Shown: positions 1 through 16,271, numbered from the stretch's first letter. The stretch is DNA of 64,000 nucleotides from an uncultured Gemmatimonadaceae bacterium (GCA_963822945.1 CAWGJO010000020.1:352001-416000); one strand, 5' to 3'. The notes: generated by a model not told the origin, from the sequence alone. A program made the numbers and translations.

Positions 1-45
1 CGCGCGGAACGATTGGCCGATCCGGACTACCCGTACCGCGACTAG
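1..45 (+). CDS. 3' end of a CDS entering from the left edge (…RAERLADPDYPYRD*), product unknown
   Basis: Frame 1 is open with GC3-rich codons up to TAG at 43-45; too short to identify. Confidence 0.5.
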   Translation, partial: RAERLADPDYPYRD

Positions 46-170
46 CGCCGGGGCGGGCGGCGGTACTCCGCGATGGCGCCGGAGCACCCATCCCTAGCGG
101 GCGCGCGCCTTCCTCTCCATCATTTCGCATCGAGGAGCGCCCCCACTCATCACCCGCGCGCGGACCTACA

Positions 171-644
171 CTGCAATACACACTCTGGAGTCACGACGAA
201 TTGCTCGGCTACACGAACCTTGGCACGCCGAGCGACGATCCCGAGCAACAGAGCGGCGTGTTCGAGCCCGAGCCGCCGTTCGAGCGCATCGAGCCGATCC
301 TCGGCGCGCTCGAACGCGCGATGCGCGAGTTCGAGGCCGACGCACCGCTTCCCACGCCCGACGAGCTCGCGGCGCTCACACGCGAGGAGCAGATTCGCAT
401 GATTCGCTCGGCGCTCGGCGGCGACTCGGTGGTGCGGCGGGTGGTCGAGTCCCAGCGCGCCGTGGACGCCTTCGCCCTCCATCTGCGGGACGAGCACGAC
501 CGCGAGGTGCCGACGCAGTTCATCGCCATCCATCGCCTGCCCGACGACATGGCACGGGAACCGGATTTCGCCAACGGTGCTTCCACCTGCGGCCGGGCGC
601 GCTACGTGCTGGTGGCGCGCCTGGAAGAACGGCCGGCGTCGTGA
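171..644 (+). CDS. Hypothetical protein (start uncertain: CTG at 171 or TTG at 201)
   Basis: ORF 201..644 has typical codon bias; the frame extends upstream as LQYTLWSHDELLGYTNL, which reads like a real N-terminus. Confidence 0.7.
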   Translation: MQYTLWSHDELLGYTNLGTPSDDPEQQSGVFEPEPPFERIEPILGALERAMREFEADAPLPTPDELAALTREEQIRMIRSALGGDSVVRRVVESQRAVDAFALHLRDEHDREVPTQFIAIHRLPDDMAREPDFANGASTCGRARYVLVARLEERPAS

Positions 645-683
645 TCGCCGCATGCGCCGCCAGCCACTGAACCCGGTCGTGAC

Positions 684-1283
684 ATGACCCATTGGGACGA
701 ACGCTACGCCGAAGCCGAATTCGCATACGGCACCGAGCCGAGCGCCTTTCTCGCCGCCGTCGCCTGCCGGATACCCGACGGACCGGTGCTCTGCCTGGCC
801 GAGGGCCAGGGGCGCAACGCCGTCTTCCTGTCGCGCATCGGCCATGCGGTCACCGCCGTCGATCAGTCGGCGGTGGGGCTCGGCCGGGCCCGTGAACTGG
901 CCACCGAGCACGGCGTCACGATCGAGTGCGTGGCCGCCGATCTCGCCCACTTCGAGATCGAGCCCGGCGCCTGGGCCGGCATCGTGTCGATCTGGGCCCA
1001 CCTGCCGCCGGCGCTGCGCGGTGCGGTGAACCGCAAGGCGGTGGCGGGGCTGCGACCCGGTGGCGTGATGGTGGTCGAGGCGTACTCGCCCCGTCAACTC
1101 GAGTTCGGAACCGGCGGCCCGCGCGTTGCCGAATTGCTCGTGCCGCGCGGCGCCCTCGAACAGGAGCTGTCGGGGCTCGAATTCATTCTCGCGCAGGAGG
1201 CCGAGCGCGAGGTCGTCGAGGGCAAGTACCACCGCGGGATGGCCGCCGTGGTGCAGGTTCTGGCCCGGAGGCCCGCCGCCTGA
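684..1283 (+). CDS. Class I SAM-dependent methyltransferase (TehB/Methyltransf_25-like)
   Basis: N-terminal WDERY…YGTEP; motif I VLCLAEGQGRNA; VTAVD motif II. Confidence 0.92.
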   Translation: MTHWDERYAEAEFAYGTEPSAFLAAVACRIPDGPVLCLAEGQGRNAVFLSRIGHAVTAVDQSAVGLGRARELATEHGVTIECVAADLAHFEIEPGAWAGIVSIWAHLPPALRGAVNRKAVAGLRPGGVMVVEAYSPRQLEFGTGGPRVAELLVPRGALEQELSGLEFILAQEAEREVVEGKYHRGMAAVVQVLARRPAA

Positions 1284-1786
1284 TGCCGCCCCGCATGCCG
1301 AGCATCTACGAGATCGACGTGACGCGCATCGACGGCACGAAGCAGACCCTCGCCGCCTACCGCGGCCAGGTGCTGCTCATCGTGAACGTCGCCAGCAAGT
1401 GCGGCTTCACACCGCAGTACGAGGGCCTCGAGGCGCTGTATCGCAAGCACCGCGATCGCGGCTTTTCCGTGCTCGGGTTTCCCTGCGATCAGTTCGGGCA
1501 CCAGGAGCCGGGGAGCGACGAGGAGATCGCGACGTTCTGCTCCACCACGTACGACGTCACCTTCCCGCTGTTCTCCAAGATCGACGTGAATGGTCCCGAC
1601 GCCCACCCGCTCTACCAACTGCTCAAGTCCGAGCAGGCGGGGGTGCTGGGCACCGAAGCCATCAAGTGGAACTTCACCAAGTTCCTCGTCGCGCGGAGCG
1701 GTCGGGTCGTGAAGCGGTACGCACCCGCCGACCCGCCGGCCAGCCTCGAGGGGGACGTGGCGGCGCAGTTGGCCACCGGCCGATAG
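1283..1786 (+). CDS. Glutathione peroxidase (Cys-type, BtuE/Gpx family)
   Basis: VNVASKCG, GFPCDQF and IKWNFTKF motifs; TGATG overlap with the upstream stop (alternative ATG at 1295). Confidence 0.95.
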   Translation: MPPRMPSIYEIDVTRIDGTKQTLAAYRGQVLLIVNVASKCGFTPQYEGLEALYRKHRDRGFSVLGFPCDQFGHQEPGSDEEIATFCSTTYDVTFPLFSKIDVNGPDAHPLYQLLKSEQAGVLGTEAIKWNFTKFLVARSGRVVKRYAPADPPASLEGDVAAQLATGR

Positions 1787-1787
1787 G

Positions 1788-3167
1788 GTGGACCGCCGCG
1801 GCTTCCTGTTGAGCAGCGCGGCGACGGCGGCCGCCGCCGCGATGCCTCGTTCCCGATTCTGGCGGACGGTTGCCACCGCGCCGGGGCCCCTCCCCTCGCC
1901 GGCGCAGCTCGCGTGGCAGCGGGACGAACTGGCGATGTTCTGCCACTTCGGGGTCAACACGTTCACCGACCGGGAGTGGGGTGACGGCACCGAAGATCCG
2001 GCGATCTTCAACCCGACGCGATTCGACGCGGGACAGTGGGCGCGCGCGGCGCGCGCCGCCGGCTTCCGGGCCATGATCCTCACGGCCAAACATCACGACG
2101 GCTTCTGCCTCTGGCCCACCGCGACCACCAAGCATTCCGTCGCTTCGAGTCCGTGGCGCGATGGACGGGGCGACGTGGTGCGCGAGTTCGTGGATGCCTG
2201 CCGGGCCGAAGGATTGCGCCCGGGACTCTACCTGTCGCCATGGGATCGCAACAACCCCGCGTATGGCGACTCACCGCGGTACAACGATCTCTACTGCGAT
2301 CAACTCTCCGAGCTGCTGACGCACTACGGCAAGATCTCCGAAGTGTGGTTCGACGGCGCCAACGGCGAGGGGCCCAACGGAAAGAAGCAGGTGTACGACT
2401 GGCCGCGGTTCTGGGGGCTGGTCCGTCGCCTGCAGCCGGACGCGGTGATGTTCTCCGACGCGGGGCCGGACGTGCGCTGGTGCGGCAATGAGCGCGGCGT
2501 GGCGGGAGATCCGAACTGGTCCACCGTCGATCCGTCCGTGGTCTCGTATCCCGGCGAGAGCGGGCCGCGCGTCACGCCAGAGTTGCAGCACGGCGATCCC
2601 GCCGGAACGGTGTGGCGCCCGGCGGAAGCGGACGTATCGATCCGGCCCGGGTGGTTCTACCACGCAGCCCAGGACGAGCACGTGCGAACGGTGGAATCGC
2701 TCGTCGACCTGTACTTCTCGTCGGTGGGACGGAACTCCAAGCTGCTGCTCAACGTGCCGCCCACGCGCGAGGGATTGCTGTACCATGTGGACGTGGAGCG
2801 CCTGGCGGCGTTCCGCGCGCGGCGTGAGGCGATGTTCGCCGCGGACCTCGCCGCCGGCTCCCGTCCGGCGTGGCGGAGCACCGGCTCCCGGACCGCGACC
2901 GCGGACATCACGCTCGACGCCCCCGCCACGGTTGCGCTGGCCCGTCTGGAGGAGCCGATCGCCCGTGGACAGGCGGTGGCGCGTTACACGTTGTACGGGT
3001 CAGACGGGGACAGGGAGACGTGGCAGCCGCTCGCGCGCGGCACGACGATCGGCTACGCCAAACTCGACCGGTTCGACCCGGTGCGGGTGCGCCGGGTGCG
3101 GCTGGTGATCGAGGATGCCGTGGAAGAGCCGGCGCCGGTGGCGGTGAAGCTCTTCGGCCCGGCGTAG
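1788..3167 (+). CDS. Alpha-L-fucosidase (GH29) with Tat signal and C-terminal F5/8-like domain
   Basis: DRRGFL Tat motif; MFCHFG, TAKHHDGFCLWPT, LYLSPWD, EVWFDGA, SIRPGWFYH motifs. Confidence 0.95.
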   Translation: MDRRGFLLSSAATAAAAAMPRSRFWRTVATAPGPLPSPAQLAWQRDELAMFCHFGVNTFTDREWGDGTEDPAIFNPTRFDAGQWARAARAAGFRAMILTAKHHDGFCLWPTATTKHSVASSPWRDGRGDVVREFVDACRAEGLRPGLYLSPWDRNNPAYGDSPRYNDLYCDQLSELLTHYGKISEVWFDGANGEGPNGKKQVYDWPRFWGLVRRLQPDAVMFSDAGPDVRWCGNERGVAGDPNWSTVDPSVVSYPGESGPRVTPELQHGDPAGTVWRPAEADVSIRPGWFYHAAQDEHVRTVESLVDLYFSSVGRNSKLLLNVPPTREGLLYHVDVERLAAFRARREAMFAADLAAGSRPAWRSTGSRTATADITLDAPATVALARLEEPIARGQAVARYTLYGSDGDRETWQPLARGTTIGYAKLDRFDPVRVRRVRLVIEDAVEEPAPVAVKLFGPA

Positions 3168-3189
3168 GGCGCGCTCAGACCGCGCGCCC
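3167..3189. terminator. GC-rich hairpin between convergent genes (possible terminator, no U-tract)
   Basis: GGGCGCGC-tcagacc-GCGCGCCC, perfect 8-bp stem. Confidence 0.45.
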
Positions 3190-3210
3190 CCGCCGCGGGT
3201 CGCCAGAGGA

Positions 3211-3621
3211 CTACTTGCTGCGAGCCCTCGCGGACTTGCTGCTCGACTTGCCCGAAGACTTGGCGGCCGGCTTGGCCGCCTTCTTCTTGGCGGACGCCTT
3301 GGCGGCCGGCGCTTCAACCGGCGCTTCCGGGGCCGCGGCCGGAGCGGCCGCCTGGTTGCCCCCGTTCTGCTGCGGACCGCGGCGCCAGTACGGCGTCGCC
3401 GGCGCGGCGCGGCGCGCGAGGAGGTCATCGTAATAGGCGACGATGCGCGTCCGGACCGATTTCTGCGTGTCGCCGGACATGGCGCGGAAGGGCGCATACC
3501 GCTGACGGTCGTCGGTCGAAACGCTGAACCACCACCAGGGTTCATTGCCCAGGGCGTGGGCCTTCTCCACCGAGCAGGTGAAGGTGCGGTCGTTGTCGAC
3601 GAATTCGAATCCTTCTAGCAC
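3211..3621 (-). CDS. Hypothetical protein with Ala/Lys/Ser-rich basic C-terminal tail
   Basis: GTG start with AAGGA SD and upstream TACATT -10-like box; globular N-terminal ~80 aa, then AKASAKKKAAKPAAKSSGKSSSKSARARSK. Confidence 0.85.
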   Translation of the reverse strand: MLEGFEFVDNDRTFTCSVEKAHALGNEPWWWFSVSTDDRQRYAPFRAMSGDTQKSVRTRIVAYYDDLLARRAAPATPYWRRGPQQNGGNQAAAPAAAPEAPVEAPAAKASAKKKAAKPAAKSSGKSSSKSARARSK

Positions 3622-3807
3622 ACCCGGTCCTTGTTGAATGCCTCTAAATGTACTCGATTTCTTCCTCCGCCGCCCGCCCCGACCATCCGAAAGTTCTGAA
3701 AGCCGCTGCCGCGCATCGGGTTATGGACACCGGCGCTTGCCGACCAGCGATGACGTGCTCCGGCCGCTCGATCGGGGGCGCCCCCCACCTCCATCCGGGC
3801 GGTGCGA

Positions 3808-3837
3808 TTGACCTCACCGGTCCGCCGGGTGCACTCT
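3808..3837 (+). promoter_or_regulatory. Putative sigma70 promoter for the Gfo/Idh/MocA-DUF1080 operon
   Basis: TTGACC-N18-CACTCT, followed by GGAGG SD before ATG 3872. Confidence 0.45.
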
Positions 3838-3871
3838 AGTGTCGGTCAAACCGAACCGGAGGCCCGTCGTC

Positions 3872-5449
3872 ATGTCCCGCAAGAAGGTTACCCGCCGCGA
3901 ATTCGTGTCCGATGCCGGGAAGTTGGCGCTCGGCGCCATGGTTATTCCGAAGGGATTTCCCACCATCGTGCCGCGGCACGTGTTGGGCGGTCCCGGGTAC
4001 ATCGCTCCCAGCGACCAACTCCAGGTCGCCATCGTCGGATTCGGCGGAATGGGGTCGGTAAACGCACTCGAGCTGTCGAAGACCGAACACATCGTCGCCG
4101 TCTGCGACGTGGATCTCGCCTTCTCGGCGCGCAACGTGGCATCGAAGCTGAAGACGCGTGACGGTGCGGATCGCCCGGACGGGCAGAAGCTCAAGGCGCA
4201 GTTCGACGCCGCCGCGAAGTACACCGATTGGCGTGAGATGCTCGACAAGCAGCACGACATCGAGGGCGTGGTCGTGGCGACGCCGGATCACAACCACGCG
4301 GTGGTGGCCAACGCGGCGATGCTGGCCGGCAAGCACGTGTACGTGCAGAAGCCCCTGACGTACTCGGTGTACGAATCGCGCGTGCTGCGGGCCACCGCGG
4401 CCAAGACCGGCGTCAAGACGCAGATGGGCAACCAGGGACATTCGGGCGACGGGGCGCGACTCATCAACGAGTGGGTACAGGCCGGCGTCATCGGGACGGT
4501 GCGCGAGGCGCACGTCTGGACCAACCGTCCCTGGGGCTACTGGCCGCAGGGGATCTCGCGGCCGGCGAAGGCAACGCCCGAGCAGGCGGCGCGCTTCGGC
4601 AAGAGCTGGAATCAGGGCACGCTGGACGCGATGCTGGCCAACGAGATCGCCGGTCCCTATCCGATGCCCGAGGGTCTCAACTGGCCCATGTACCTGGGGC
4701 CGGTGGCCGAGGACATCGCGTACCATCCGATCTACCACCCGTTCAATTGGCGCGGCTGGACCGATTTCGGGGTCGGCGCCCTGGGCGACATGGGGGCGCA
4801 CCTCATCGATCACCCGTACTGGGCGTTGGGCCTCACGCAGCCGACCAGCATCGAGGCCACCTCGACCCCGTGGGGAACCAGCGTGGTGCCGGCGGCGCCC
4901 GGCGAAACCGGACCGGACGGCAAGCCGGTACGGTCGCACCGCGTGCCGGTCACGTATCCGGTGGCGAAGACCGTGCATTATCACTTTCCGGCCGTGGGCG
5001 ACCGCGGCCCGATCAAGCTGTTCTGGTACGATGGCGGACTCTTCCCGCCGCGCCCCGACGTGCTCCCCGACGAAGTGGAGTTGAAGAGCGACGGCGGCGG
5101 GCTGATCATCGGCGACAAGGGTGTCCTGCACTACGACACCTACGGTGAGAATCCGCGCTGCTACCCCGAATCGCTCATGGACGTGGCGCAGGCCGTGCCG
5201 CAGACGATCCCGCGCATCACGGTGAGCCACGAGCGCAACTGGGCGCTTGCCGCCAAGGGCCTGGCGAAGGAGAGTTCGCCGATCTCGTACGCCTCGCAGC
5301 TCACGGAGACGATGCTGCTGGGCGTGGTGGCTGTGCGCGCCGGCCAGGGAAAGAAGATCTACTACGACGCCGAGAACATGCAGGTGACCAACATGCCGGA
5401 ATTGAACCGGTATCTGAAGCGGGACTTCCGGCCCGGTTGGGCCATCTGA
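3872..5449 (+). CDS. Gfo/Idh/MocA family NAD-dependent oxidoreductase, Tat-exported
   Basis: TRREFV Tat motif; AIVGFGGMG Rossmann motif; [24 protein letters not shown]. Confidence 0.93.
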   Translation: MSRKKVTRREFVSDAGKLALGAMVIPKGFPTIVPRHVLGGPGYIAPSDQLQVAIVGFGGMGSVNALELSKTEHIVAVCDVDLAFSARNVASKLKTRDGADRPDGQKLKAQFDAAAKYTDWREMLDKQHDIEGVVVATPDHNHAVVANAAMLAGKHVYVQKPLTYSVYESRVLRATAAKTGVKTQMGNQGHSGDGARLINEWVQAGVIGTVREAHVWTNRPWGYWPQGISRPAKATPEQAARFGKSWNQGTLDAMLANEIAGPYPMPEGLNWPMYLGPVAEDIAYHPIYHPFNWRGWTDFGVGALGDMGAHLIDHPYWALGLTQPTSIEATSTPWGTSVVPAAPGETGPDGKPVRSHRVPVTYPVAKTVHYHFPAVGDRGPIKLFWYDGGLFPPRPDVLPDEVELKSDGGGLIIGDKGVLHYDTYGENPRCYPESLMDVAQAVPQTIPRITVSHERNWALAAKGLAKESSPISYASQLTETMLLGVVAVRAGQGKKIYYDAENMQVTNMPELNRYLKRDFRPGWAI

Positions 5450-5472
5450 TACACGACTCACTCGAGGAGAAG

Positions 5473-6187
5473 ATGAAGCGATCGATTCGCGCGGCCGGTG
5501 CCGCGGTGGCACTGACGTGGGCCGCCGCGGCGTGTGCGCCCCAAATGCAGCACGCGGGAAACGGCATGGCGCCGGCCGCCGCGCCCGCGTCCGGCGTGGC
5601 ACGACCTGCTGGGCGCCACGTCCATGGACCAGTGGCGCGGCTACCGCGACGAAGTGGACACCGCCTGGCACGTGGCCGACGGCGTCCTCACCAAGGCCGG
5701 TCCGGCAAGCGACATCATCACCCGGACACCATACCGGAATTTCGAGCTCGAATTCGACTGGAAGATCAGCAAGGGCGGCAACTCCGGCGTGTTCTACCGC
5801 GCCACGGAGGAGTACGACCACGTGTACTGGAGCGGGCCGGAGTTCCAGCTCCTCGACGACGCCAACGCGCCCGACGGGAAGAACCGCCTGACCGCGGCCG
5901 GATCCGACTACGCGCTCTATCCGGCGCCGGCCGGCTTCGTGAAGCCCGCCGATGAGTGGAACACGGCCCGCATCGTGGTGAACGGCACCCACGTGGAGCA
6001 CTGGTTGAACGGACACGAGATGGTGGCGTACGATCTGGGCAGCTCCGATTGGACCGACCGTGTGCAGAAGAGCAAATTCTCGGCGTGGCCCGACTACGGG
6101 AAGGCGCCGATCGGCTACATCGGCATTCAGGGGGACCACCCCGGCACCCTGTCGTTGCGCCACATGCGCATCCGGGAGCTGCCGTAG
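5473..6187 (+). CDS. DUF1080 (3-keto-disaccharide hydrolase-like) lipoprotein; one frameshift near 5590
   Basis: GAGGAG SD; signal peptide with lipobox AAAC in one frame joins NFELEFDWK-GNSGVFY-EFQLLDD-GYIGIQGDH in the next frame. Confidence 0.88.
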
Positions 6188-6189
6188 GC

Positions 6190-6483
6190 ATGGAGAACAC
6201 CATCGGTCTGGTCATCCTCATGGCGTTCCCGTTCGGGGTCGCCATCGCCGCCCTGCGGGCGGCGATCCGGTGGACGGGCGGCTGGAGAACGGCGGCCGTC
6301 CTTCCGCTGGTGGCGATTGGAGGCGACCTGTTGTTCTCGTACTACTCCGGCGTCGTCGATCCGGCCACGCACCATCTGTGGCCGTTCGAGTTGATGACGG
6401 TGACGGCGATCTGCGCGGTGTTCCTGATCGCCGCCAATTCGCTGCGCAAGGCGACCCTGCAGAAGGAGCGGCCGCCGCAGTAG
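6190..6483 (+). CDS. Small hypothetical membrane protein (~3 TM)
   Basis: ATG 2 nt after the DUF1080 stop; hydrophobic segments; HHLWPFE motif. Confidence 0.75.
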   Translation: MENTIGLVILMAFPFGVAIAALRAAIRWTGGWRTAAVLPLVAIGGDLLFSYYSGVVDPATHHLWPFELMTVTAICAVFLIAANSLRKATLQKERPPQ

Positions 6484-6504
6484 GCGCCGGCATCGGCCGG
6501 CGCC
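6483..6504. terminator. Hairpin between convergent genes (possible bidirectional terminator)
   Basis: GGCGCCGGC-atcg-GCCGGCGCC, perfect 9-bp stem. Confidence 0.5.
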
Positions 6505-6508
6505 CCAC

Positions 6509-8671
6509 TCAGGGCATCAGCGGCGGATCGTCGCCGGCCGGATCGGCGATGATGCTTGGCAGGTAGTAGTCGCGCACATATTCCTGCAGCATGCGCCGCG
6601 CCGTGAATCGCTCGCCGCTGGTGCGGATGGCGTGCTTCATCCTCCGTACCCACTCCACCGGGATGCCACGAGCGTCGCGGGTGAAGTAGAGCGGCACGAC
6701 CTGTTCCTCGAGCAGCCGGAACAACTGCTCGGCGTCGGCGGCGTCGGGGTCCCCGTTGTCCGGCGCGGCCGCCGGAATGCACCATCCATTGAGCCCGGTG
6801 TAGCCCTCGGCCCACCATCCGTCCTCGGTCCCGAGCTGCGGCACGCCGTTGAGCGCCGCCTTCATGCCGCTGGTCCCGCACGCTTCGAGCGGCACGCGCG
6901 GCAGGTTGAGCCACAGGTCCACCCCGTGCACCAGGCGGTGCGCCACGTGCAGCTCGTAGTCCTCGAGAAATGCGATGCGTCCCTCGAAGCGCGAGTCGCG
7001 CGTGGCGGCGTATACCTGCTGCAGCACCTGCTTGCCGTGCTGATCGGCCGGATGCGCCTTCCCGGAGAAGATCAACTGCACGGGGCGGCGGGGATCGGAG
7101 AGCAGGCGGTGCAGGCGGTCGGTGTCGCTGAGCAGCAGCGCCGCGCGCTTGTAGGTGGCGAAGCGTCGCGCGAAGCCGATCGTGAGGGCGTTGTCGCTGA
7201 GCAGGGTGCCGGCGCCCACCAGGTGGGCCGCGGCGGGGCGCTTCTCGCGCCACTGTCGCCGGGCCTCCTCACGGATGAATTCCAGCAGGTACACCTTCAG
7301 GCGGTTGTGCGTGCGCCAGAGCGCGCCGTCGTCCATGGCCAGCACCTGCTCCAGGAACGCAGGGTCGTCGAGGTGGTCGTCCCACTGCGGCCCGAACTGC
7401 GACTCGAAGCGGTCCACCATGTGATTGGCCATCCAGCTGGGCAGATGCACGCCGTTGGTGACGTGTCCGATCGGCACCTCCTCGATGCCGCGCCCGGGCC
7501 AGAGTTCGTGCCACATCTCGCGCGTCACGACGCCGTGCACCCGCGAGACGCCGTTGACCCGCCGCGCCAGGCGGATGGCGGCCACCGTCATGTGGAACTC
7601 ACCGGCGTTGCCCGACGGATGATGGCCCAGGGAGAGCAGGCGTTGCGGGTCCACCCCCATGTCGGCGCAGAGCGCGCCGGCGCACGCGCTCACCTCCGCC
7701 TCCGTGAATACGTCGTGACCCGCCGGCACCGGTGTGTGCGTGGTGAACACCGTGGCGTTGCGTACGCGCGTCACGGCGTCGTCCACCGGCACGCCGTCGT
7801 GGCACAACTCCCGAAGCCGCTCGACCATCATGAACGCGGCATGGCCCTCATTGGCGTGCCATGCATCGGGGGATATGCCGACCGCCCGCAGGATGCGCAC
7901 CCCGCCCACGCCGAGCAGCCACTCCTGGCGCAGCCGGTGCACGCGACCGCCGGCATACAGCGCGTGCGACAGTTCGCGATCGTCGGGTTCGTTGCCATCG
8001 AGGTCGGTGTCGAGCAGGAACAGCGGCACGCGCCCCACCTGCATCCGCCAGGCCCCCACGTTCACCGTGCGACCGGACATCTGGATGGTCGTGAGCGTGC
8101 GCCCGCCTTCGGCGTTGAGCACGCGTTCCAGCGGCGTGACCGCGGGATCGAACGGCTCGGTGGTATCCTGCTGCCACCCGTCGACTCCGACCATCTGGTC
8201 GAAGTACCCTTTGGTGTACAGGAGCCCCACGCCCACCAGCGGCACACCGAGATCCGAAGCCGCCTTGCAGTGGTCGCCGGCCAGGACGCCGAGCCCGCCG
8301 GCGTAGATCGGTACCGATGCATGGAGGCCGAACTCGGCACAGAAATAGGCGATCGTCGAGCCGGCGCGTTCGCCCGCGACGCCCGCGAACCAGGTGTCGG
8401 TGGCTTCCGCGTCGTGGCGAGCCTTCTCGCGCACGGCGTCGTACAGGCGGAGGAAGGCGGGATCGGCCGCGCACTCCTCGAGCCGTCCGGGCGGTGCCTG
8501 CTGCAGCACCGCAATCGGATTGTGACGGGTCCGATGCCAGAGCACGGGGTCGATCGCCCGGAAGAGCACGCGCGCGTTGCGGCTCCAACTCCAGGAAAGG
8601 TTCGTGGCGATCGCGGATAGACCGCCGATGCGGTCGGGAAGCGTGGGAAGCGGAATGCCGGGTGGGTTCAT
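6509..8671 (-). CDS. glgP: Alpha-glucan (glycogen/maltodextrin) phosphorylase, GT35
   Basis: AYFCAEFG, YAGGLGVLAGD, HANEGH, FARRFATYKR, PLP motif EACGTSGMKA. Confidence 0.96.
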   Translation of the reverse strand: MNPPGIPLPTLPDRIGGLSAIATNLSWSWSRNARVLFRAIDPVLWHRTRHNPIAVLQQAPPGRLEECAADPAFLRLYDAVREKARHDAEATDTWFAGVAGERAGSTIAYFCAEFGLHASVPIYAGGLGVLAGDHCKAASDLGVPLVGVGLLYTKGYFDQMVGVDGWQQDTTEPFDPAVTPLERVLNAEGGRTLTTIQMSGRTVNVGAWRMQVGRVPLFLLDTDLDGNEPDDRELSHALYAGGRVHRLRQEWLLGVGGVRILRAVGISPDAWHANEGHAAFMMVERLRELCHDGVPVDDAVTRVRNATVFTTHTPVPAGHDVFTEAEVSACAGALCADMGVDPQRLLSLGHHPSGNAGEFHMTVAAIRLARRVNGVSRVHGVVTREMWHELWPGRGIEEVPIGHVTNGVHLPSWMANHMVDRFESQFGPQWDDHLDDPAFLEQVLAMDDGALWRTHNRLKVYLLEFIREEARRQWREKRPAAAHLVGAGTLLSDNALTIGFARRFATYKRAALLLSDTDRLHRLLSDPRRPVQLIFSGKAHPADQHGKQVLQQVYAATRDSRFEGRIAFLEDYELHVAHRLVHGVDLWLNLPRVPLEACGTSGMKAALNGVPQLGTEDGWWAEGYTGLNGWCIPAAAPDNGDPDAADAEQLFRLLEEQVVPLYFTRDARGIPVEWVRRMKHAIRTSGERFTARRMLQEYVRDYYLPSIIADPAGDDPPLMP

Positions 8672-8800
8672 GCGTGGTCGTTGGAGTTCACGCACCGTCG
8701 ACGGGTGCGATGTGTTCACCACAACATAAAGGGTAACGAACGTACGCGTTCAAGTGCGCAATTCTGGCGTTCGCCCGCCGAATGGGTTAACGATTGAAGC

Positions 8801-10799
8801 ATGGATAAGGCGAACCCGGCAAGACGACGGGGTCGCGTCACCCCGGCGAAGATCCCCAGACTGGTGATCGAGGAGGTCCGGCCCGCCGTCGATGGCGGCC
8901 GGTACGCGGTGAAGCGCATCGTTGGAGATTCGCTGACCGTCGACGCGACCGTATACAAGGACGGCCACGACCTCGTCGCGGCCCGCATCCGATACCGAGC
9001 CCGGGGGAGCGCCGCTGGCAGACGTCGCCCATGACGTACGAACGGGACTTCGACCGATGCCGGGGATCGTTCGGGGTGGATCGACTGGGCCGATGGACGT
9101 TCACGGTGGACGCGTGGACCGATCGCTTCGAGACGTGGCGCATGGACCTCCGCAAGAAGGCCGATGCGAAGGTGGACGTGGCGCTCGACCTGCTCACGGG
9201 CGCCCAGCTCGTGGATGAGGCGGCCGCCGCAGCGCGCGGGCGGGACGCGGCCAAGCTGCAGCACCGCGCGCAGACACTCCGCGATCCGGCCGTCGCCATC
9301 GCCGAACGTGTCGGCGCGGCTCTGAGCGCCGAACTCGATGCCCTCGTGCAGCGCCACCTGCCGCCGGCGGATCTGGCCAGCGCTCTCGCCGAGTACCCGG
9401 TGGACGTGGACCGGGAGCGCGCGGCGTTCGCGGCGTGGTACGAGATGTTCCCGCGGTCGCAGAGTCCCAAGCCGCACACGTACGGCACCTTTGCCGACAC
9501 CGAACGGCAGCTCCCACGGCTGGCCGACCTCGGCTTCGACGTCGTGTACCTGCCCCCCATCCATCCCATCGGCACGACCAACCGCAAGGGACGCAACAAC
9601 GCCCTCATCGCCGGTCCCGACGACGTCGGCAGTCCATGGGCGATCGGCGGCGAAGCCGGCGGACATACCGCGGTCGATCCCCGGCTCGGCACACTGGCGG
9701 ATTTCGAGCATCTGGTGCGCTCGGCCCGCTCGCTGGGCCTCGAGATCGCGCTGGACTACGCGCTGCAGTGCTCGCCCGACCATCCCTGGCTCCGCGATCA
9801 TCCGGACTGGTTCTTCATCCAGCCCGACGGCTCGATCAGGCACGCCGAGAATCCGCCCAAGACGTACGAAGACATCTACCCGCCCAACTTCTGGTGCGAG
9901 GACCGCCAAGCGCTCTGGGACGCGTGCCGCGACATCTTCCGGTTCTGGATCGAGCGCGGCGTGCGCATCTTCCGCGTCGACAACCCGCACACGAAGCCCT
10001 ATGCGTTCTGGGCCTGGGTGCTCGGCGAGATCCGTCGCGATCATCCGGACGTGATCTTCCTGGCCGAAGCGTTCACCCGGCCGGCGCGCATGAAGGGGCT
10101 GGCCAAGCTCGGATTCTCGCAGTCGTACACGTACTTCACGTGGCGCAACACCGCATGGGAATTGCGCGAGTACCTGAACGAACTGGCGCACACCGAGATG
10201 GTCGAGTACTTCCGCCCGAACTTCTTCGCCAACACGCCCGACATCCTGCACGAGTACCTCCAGGCGGGGGGGCGCCCGGCGTTCCGCGCGCGGCTGCTGC
10301 TGGCGGCCACGCTCTCGCCGACGTACGGCATCTACTCCGGTTTCGAGTTGTGCGAGAACGTGCCGCGCGAGGAGGGCAGCGAGGAATACCAGCACTCGGA
10401 GAAGTACGAACTCCGCCCTCGGCAGTGGGACGCCCCGGGCAACCTCGACGCCGATCTTCGCGCGATCAACCGGATCCGGCGGGAGAATCCGGCGCTCCGC
10501 CGGCTCCGCAACGTGCGCTTCCACGACAGCGAGGACGACGCGGTGCTCTTCTACCACAAGGCGGCGCCGGGCAATGACCTGCTCGTGGCGGTGAATCTCG
10601 ATCCGCACCACGTGCGGGAGACCATGGTGCACGTGCCATTGGTCGACCTCGGCCTCAGGGACGACCAGCCGTTCGAGGTGGAGGACCTGCTCACCGGGAC
10701 GCGGTACACGTGGCAGGGTTCGCGCAACTACGTGCGCCTCGACCCGGCGGAGCGCCCGGGCCACCTGCTGCGCGTGATTCACACCCCGGAGTCTGCCTG

Positions 10800-10800
<1 letters not shown>
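8801..10800 (+). CDS. glgE: Alpha-1,4-glucan:maltose-1-phosphate maltosyltransferase GlgE; one frameshift in the G-run at 9003-9007
   Basis: N-terminal [62 protein letters not shown]. Confidence 0.95.

Positions 10801-16267
<5,467 letters not shown>

Positions 16268-16271
<4 letters not shown>

Noticed and set aside
1283..1786. Selenocysteine glutathione peroxidase
   Set aside because: The active-site codon is TGC (Cys) and there is no in-frame TGA
8711..8726. CRP/FNR-like box TGTGT-N6-CAACA (also TGTGA-N6-CGCGA near 37827)
   Set aside because: The second half-site is too degenerate to call without comparative data
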